Of a stretch of 27,359 nt of DNA, positions 27,219-27,359 are shown one piece after another. Both the position numbers and the translations under genes were made by a program. Under the pieces are notes generated by a model. That model searched no databases. It was not told the origin of the DNA and worked only from the letters and a program-made list of their open reading frames with translations. Source of the stretch: Candidatus Hadarchaeota archaeon. GTDB lineage: Archaea; CAYQAE01; CAYVLA01. Where the stretch lies: positions 5,186 to 32,544 of the forward strand of contig CAZUNO010000029.1 of assembly GCA_964621445.1 (NCBI GenBank), in the 5' to 3' direction. Position 1 is the first letter of the stretch. The number at the start of each line of letters is the position of its first letter.

Positions 27219-27359
27219 TCAGGCCTCGGTTCGGTCGAAGAAGATCACTATGTCCTCCGAGTGAACGGCATCCAGACCAATACTCACCATGGTGGTGACA
27301 TTTGGGCTGCCGGGACCAAGCTTGGTAGGATTGAAGGTAAGCTCAATCGATATCAGGTC
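27219..27359 (-). CDS. 3' end of an unidentified CDS truncated by the window edge
   Basis: Open frame DLISIELTFNPTKLGPGSPNVTTMVSIGLDAVHSEDIVIFFDRTEA* converging on ilvD. Confidence 0.5.
   Translation of the reverse strand, partial: DLISIELTFNPTKLGPGSPNVTTMVSIGLDAVHSEDIVIFFDRTEA

Overview
Gene-dense archaeal chromosomal window; the archaeal call rests on aIF-2beta, NMD3, DUF424, an RPA32-like protein, NadM, CofE, NucS and an archaeal/eukaryote-type TrpRS. It opens with a tight + strand operon (RPA32-like, aIF-2beta, DUF424, NMD3, mre11, rad50), followed by mixed metabolic and repair genes. A minus-strand run then encodes a two-subunit class I fumarate hydratase/tartrate dehydratase, glycerate 2-kinase, endonuclease III, a membrane-anchored wHTH regulator and a secreted, C-terminally anchored PL10 pectate lyase. 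The most striking element is a ~670-nt, apparently non-coding and densely base-paired segment (about 19711-20389). It has a candidate TATA box and an oligo-T terminator on the minus strand, and it contains a duplicated structural motif. I cannot match it to any RNA class I recognise, so it is a candidate novel large archaeal ncRNA. All calls come from motif recognition and hand folding; no searches were run.
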